Assembly: GCF_006345805.1 (NCBI RefSeq)
Contig: NW_021828494.1
Coordinates: forward strand, 1-8,273
Length of the DNA stretch: 8,273 nt
From: Octopus sinensis
Taxonomy: Eukaryota
Direction of reading: 5' to 3'
In this document: in pieces, positions 6,131 to 8,273 of the stretch
How positions within the stretch are numbered: the first letter of the stretch is position 1
Layout of the letters: each line of letters starts with the position of its first letter
The notes under the pieces: model-generated
Database searches by the model: none
Told to the model about the DNA's origin: nothing
What the model saw: the letters and a program-made list of their open reading frames with translations, nothing else
Position numbers and translations under genes: made by a program

Positions 6131-6167
6131 ACTTCTTTTATTTTCCACCAGGGTGAAGAATGAGGGG

Positions 6168-6383
6168 GATAATGATGATGGTGATGACGATGGTGGTGGT
6201 GATGATGATGGTGAGGGTGTTGGTGATGATAATGATGGTGGTGATGATAATGATGGTGGTGATGATGATGATGGTGATGACGATGATAATGATGGTGGTG
6301 ATGATGACGATGATGGTGGTGATGACGATGATGATGGTGAAGATGATGGTGATGATGACGATGATGGTGGTGGTGGTGGTGGC
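6168..6383. repeat. compound (GAT/GGT/GAC/AAT)n trinucleotide array
   Basis: Single-phase trinucleotide run with recurring 18-21 bp units; source of the poly-D/G, poly-H and poly-M/V ORFs. Confidence 0.95.
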
Positions 6384-6605
6384 GAATCACAAACAAGGCA
6401 CAACGGTATCTTTGCCAGTCGGCGGCGGATAGTTGTTCTTACACGCTTGGATGACCGGATGGAATGTACACACATTCGCAATCAAGTCTTGTGTTAATTG
6501 TTTGGTTAATTAGTTAGCGGCAGCTTTGCGTTGAAGGTGCCGGCGGAGACAGCGGTGGCGGCGCCGCTGCCGCAGCCGTGGGTGGCAATAAAAGATAGTT
6601 ACGTT

Positions 6606-6722
6606 ATTACAGACACACAATATACACACATTACACACACATGCACATATATAACATAACATATATACATACAATACATAAAACACTCACAGACATATAC
6701 ATACACACACATATATACATAC
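6606..6722. repeat. (CA)/(TA) compound microsatellite
   Basis: Directly visible; left flank of the SINE at 6723. Confidence 0.93.
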
Positions 6723-7126
6723 TCTTTACTGTTTTACTTGTTTCAGTCATTTGACTGCGGCTATGCTGGAGCACTGCCTTTACTCGAGAAATCGACCCCC
6801 CAGGACTTATTCTTTGTAAGCGCTAGTACTTATTCTATCGGTCTATTTTGCCGAACCGCTAAGTTAACGGTGACGTAAACACCACCCAGCATCGGTTGTC
6901 CAAGCAATGCTAGGGGGACAAACACAGACACACAAACATACACCACACAACACACACCACACACAGTATAAGATACTATACGACGGGCTTCTTTCAGTTT
7001 CCGTCTACCAAATCCACTCACAAGGCTTGGTCGGCCCGAGGCTATAGTAGAAGACACTTGCTCAAGGTGCCACGCAGTGGGGCTGAACCCGGAACCATGT
7101 GGTTGGTAAGCAAGCTACTTACCACA
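6723..7126 (-). mobile_element. near full-length SINE-B with internal microsatellite and candidate 12-bp TSD
   Basis: Reverse complement starts GGAGTGGATGTGTGG (A-box-like), has GGTTCAGCCCC (B-box-like), an internal (TG)-rich stretch and 3' end CAGTCAAATGACTGAAACAAGTAAA. Collinear with 7852-8244. ATATATACATAC flanks both sides (6711-6722, 7127-7138). Confidence 0.9.
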
Positions 7127-7262
7127 CATCCACTCCATATATACATACAAGCATATACATACACACACATACATATATACATACATGCATCCATATACGT
7201 ATATATAAGGATACACACATATATATACATGCATACACGCACACATGCATATGTATGTGTGC
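7127..7262. repeat. (CA)/(TA) compound microsatellite
   Basis: Directly visible. Confidence 0.93.
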
Positions 7263-7283
7263 GTGCAGGCGGCCAGTCACGTG

Positions 7284-7450
7284 CTCTTGCTTGCTGCAAT
7301 CATTGGACTGCGACCATGCTGCAGCACAGTATTGTAAGGTTTGCCGAACCGACCGCAGTCCTTAACGAAAGCCTGGTCCTCAGCAATTTTCTCCACCTTG
7401 CCGAACTGCTGGGTCATCAACAAACCCACACCAGTCCACTTGTTAAGCGA
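7284..7450 (-). mobile_element. SINE-B 3' half, decayed and rearranged
   Basis: TGGACTGCGACCATGCTG (7304-7321) is identical to 3989-4006; TTGCCGAAC(C/T)G occurs twice (7341, 7398); AAACCCACACCAG...TTGTTAAGCGA matches 6877-6906. Confidence 0.7.
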
Positions 7451-7490
7451 CACGGCGAACACACACCACACACACACATACCCATCGGAA

Positions 7491-7758
7491 CACGTAGTTC
7501 CTAAACTTTTTGGGGCTGCCACCCACTTGGCACCCGGGTCACAATCCTATCCCACCCACACACCACCACCACAAACATAGACCACTTTTTGGTGCAAATT
7601 CCAAATAGCTGAGTTTCACAAATTAACCCTAACTTAATTCACTAATTACTGTTTTTACGTCCATCTTTTGGGCATCCCATTATTGCCCCCAATTTTCTCC
7701 AACACCCCCCACACCTTGACCCAAGGGTAGGCAGTACTGTCCACTTTAGGAATCGGTG
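7491..7758. mobile_element. possible hAT (Charlie-like) non-autonomous element
   Basis: Left CACGTAGTTCCTAAACTTTTT and right CCACTTTAGGAATCGGTG resemble hAT termini of the CAGTGGTTCCCAAAC type; 11 matching bases including TTCCTAAA. No 8-bp TSD found. Confidence 0.33.
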
Positions 7759-7851
7759 TTCTACTAAGTATTGATCCCTATCTCACTTTATTGGCCCCTC
7801 GCAGCGATTCGATGCTTTAAAAAAATCCTGTTATATTTTTATAATGAAATA

Positions 7852-7988
7852 GGTGCAGCGTGGCTGTGTGGTAAGAAGCGTACTTCCCAACCATATGGTT
7901 CCGGGTTCAGTCCCACTGCGTGGCACCTTGGGCCGGCCAAAGCCCTGTGAGTGGATTTGGTAGATGAAAACTAAAAGAAGCCCGTCGC

Positions 7989-8019
<31 letters not shown>

Positions 8020-8244
8020 CGTGTGCGTGTGTGTGTGTGTGTGTGTATTTGAGTATGTGTCTGTTTGTGCCCACAACACCGTCGCTTGACGGCCAATGTT
8101 GGTGTGTTTATGCCCCGTAACTTAGCAGCTCGGCAAAAGTACCGATAGAATAAGCACTAAGCTTACAAAGAATACATCCTGAGCTCGATTTGTTCGACTA
8201 AAGGCGGTGCTCCAGCATGACCACAGTCAAATGACTGAAACAAA
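7852..8244 (+). mobile_element. near full-length SINE-B with a 26-nt deletion and internal (AT)n(GT)n
   Basis: A-box-like TGGCTGTGTGG 7861-7871, B-box-like GGTTCAGTCCC 7904-7914, microsatellite about 7989-8045, 3' end CAGTCAAATGACTGAAACAA; collinear with 6723-7126. Confidence 0.9.
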
Positions 8245-8273
8245 TGCCCCTTGCCCTACACGACATCATAAAC

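Noticed and set aside
5986-6481. Poly-His, poly-Ser/Pro and poly-Met/Val ORFs
   Set aside because: Alternative frames of one trinucleotide array; no domain content.
7852-7928. tRNA gene
   Set aside because: A- and B-box-like motifs are present but continue into the SINE body and I could not fold a proper cloverleaf; it is a SINE head.
1-8273. CRISPR array or prokaryotic operon
   Set aside because: No regularly spaced repeats with unique spacers and no gene-dense organisation; the sequence is eukaryotic repeat-rich DNA.

Overview
AT-rich, microsatellite-dense eukaryotic DNA, intronic or intergenic, with no confidently supportable protein-coding gene, rRNA, true tRNA or CRISPR array. The repeat families look like those I recall from octopus (Octopodidae) genomes; this assignment rests on recognition, not a database search. 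Most of the window is: (i) nine pieces of a tRNA-derived SINE with an internal (TA)n(TG)n microsatellite ('SINE-B'; near-full copies at 6723-7126 minus and 7852-8244 plus); (ii) two copies of a second SINE ('SINE-A') with different 3' tails; (iii) a 222-bp mariner-derived MITE that keeps a frameshifted transposase C-terminus; (iv) a possible hAT-like MITE; (v) large compound micro/minisatellites that generate nearly all the long ORFs in the track. The most unusual signals are two hammerhead-ribozyme-like motifs on the plus strand. One is a Penelope-type minimal type I motif with an interrupted core (1826-1861). The other has a complete core in type II order but a very weak closing stem (2572-2612). 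Both are unverified structural readings.
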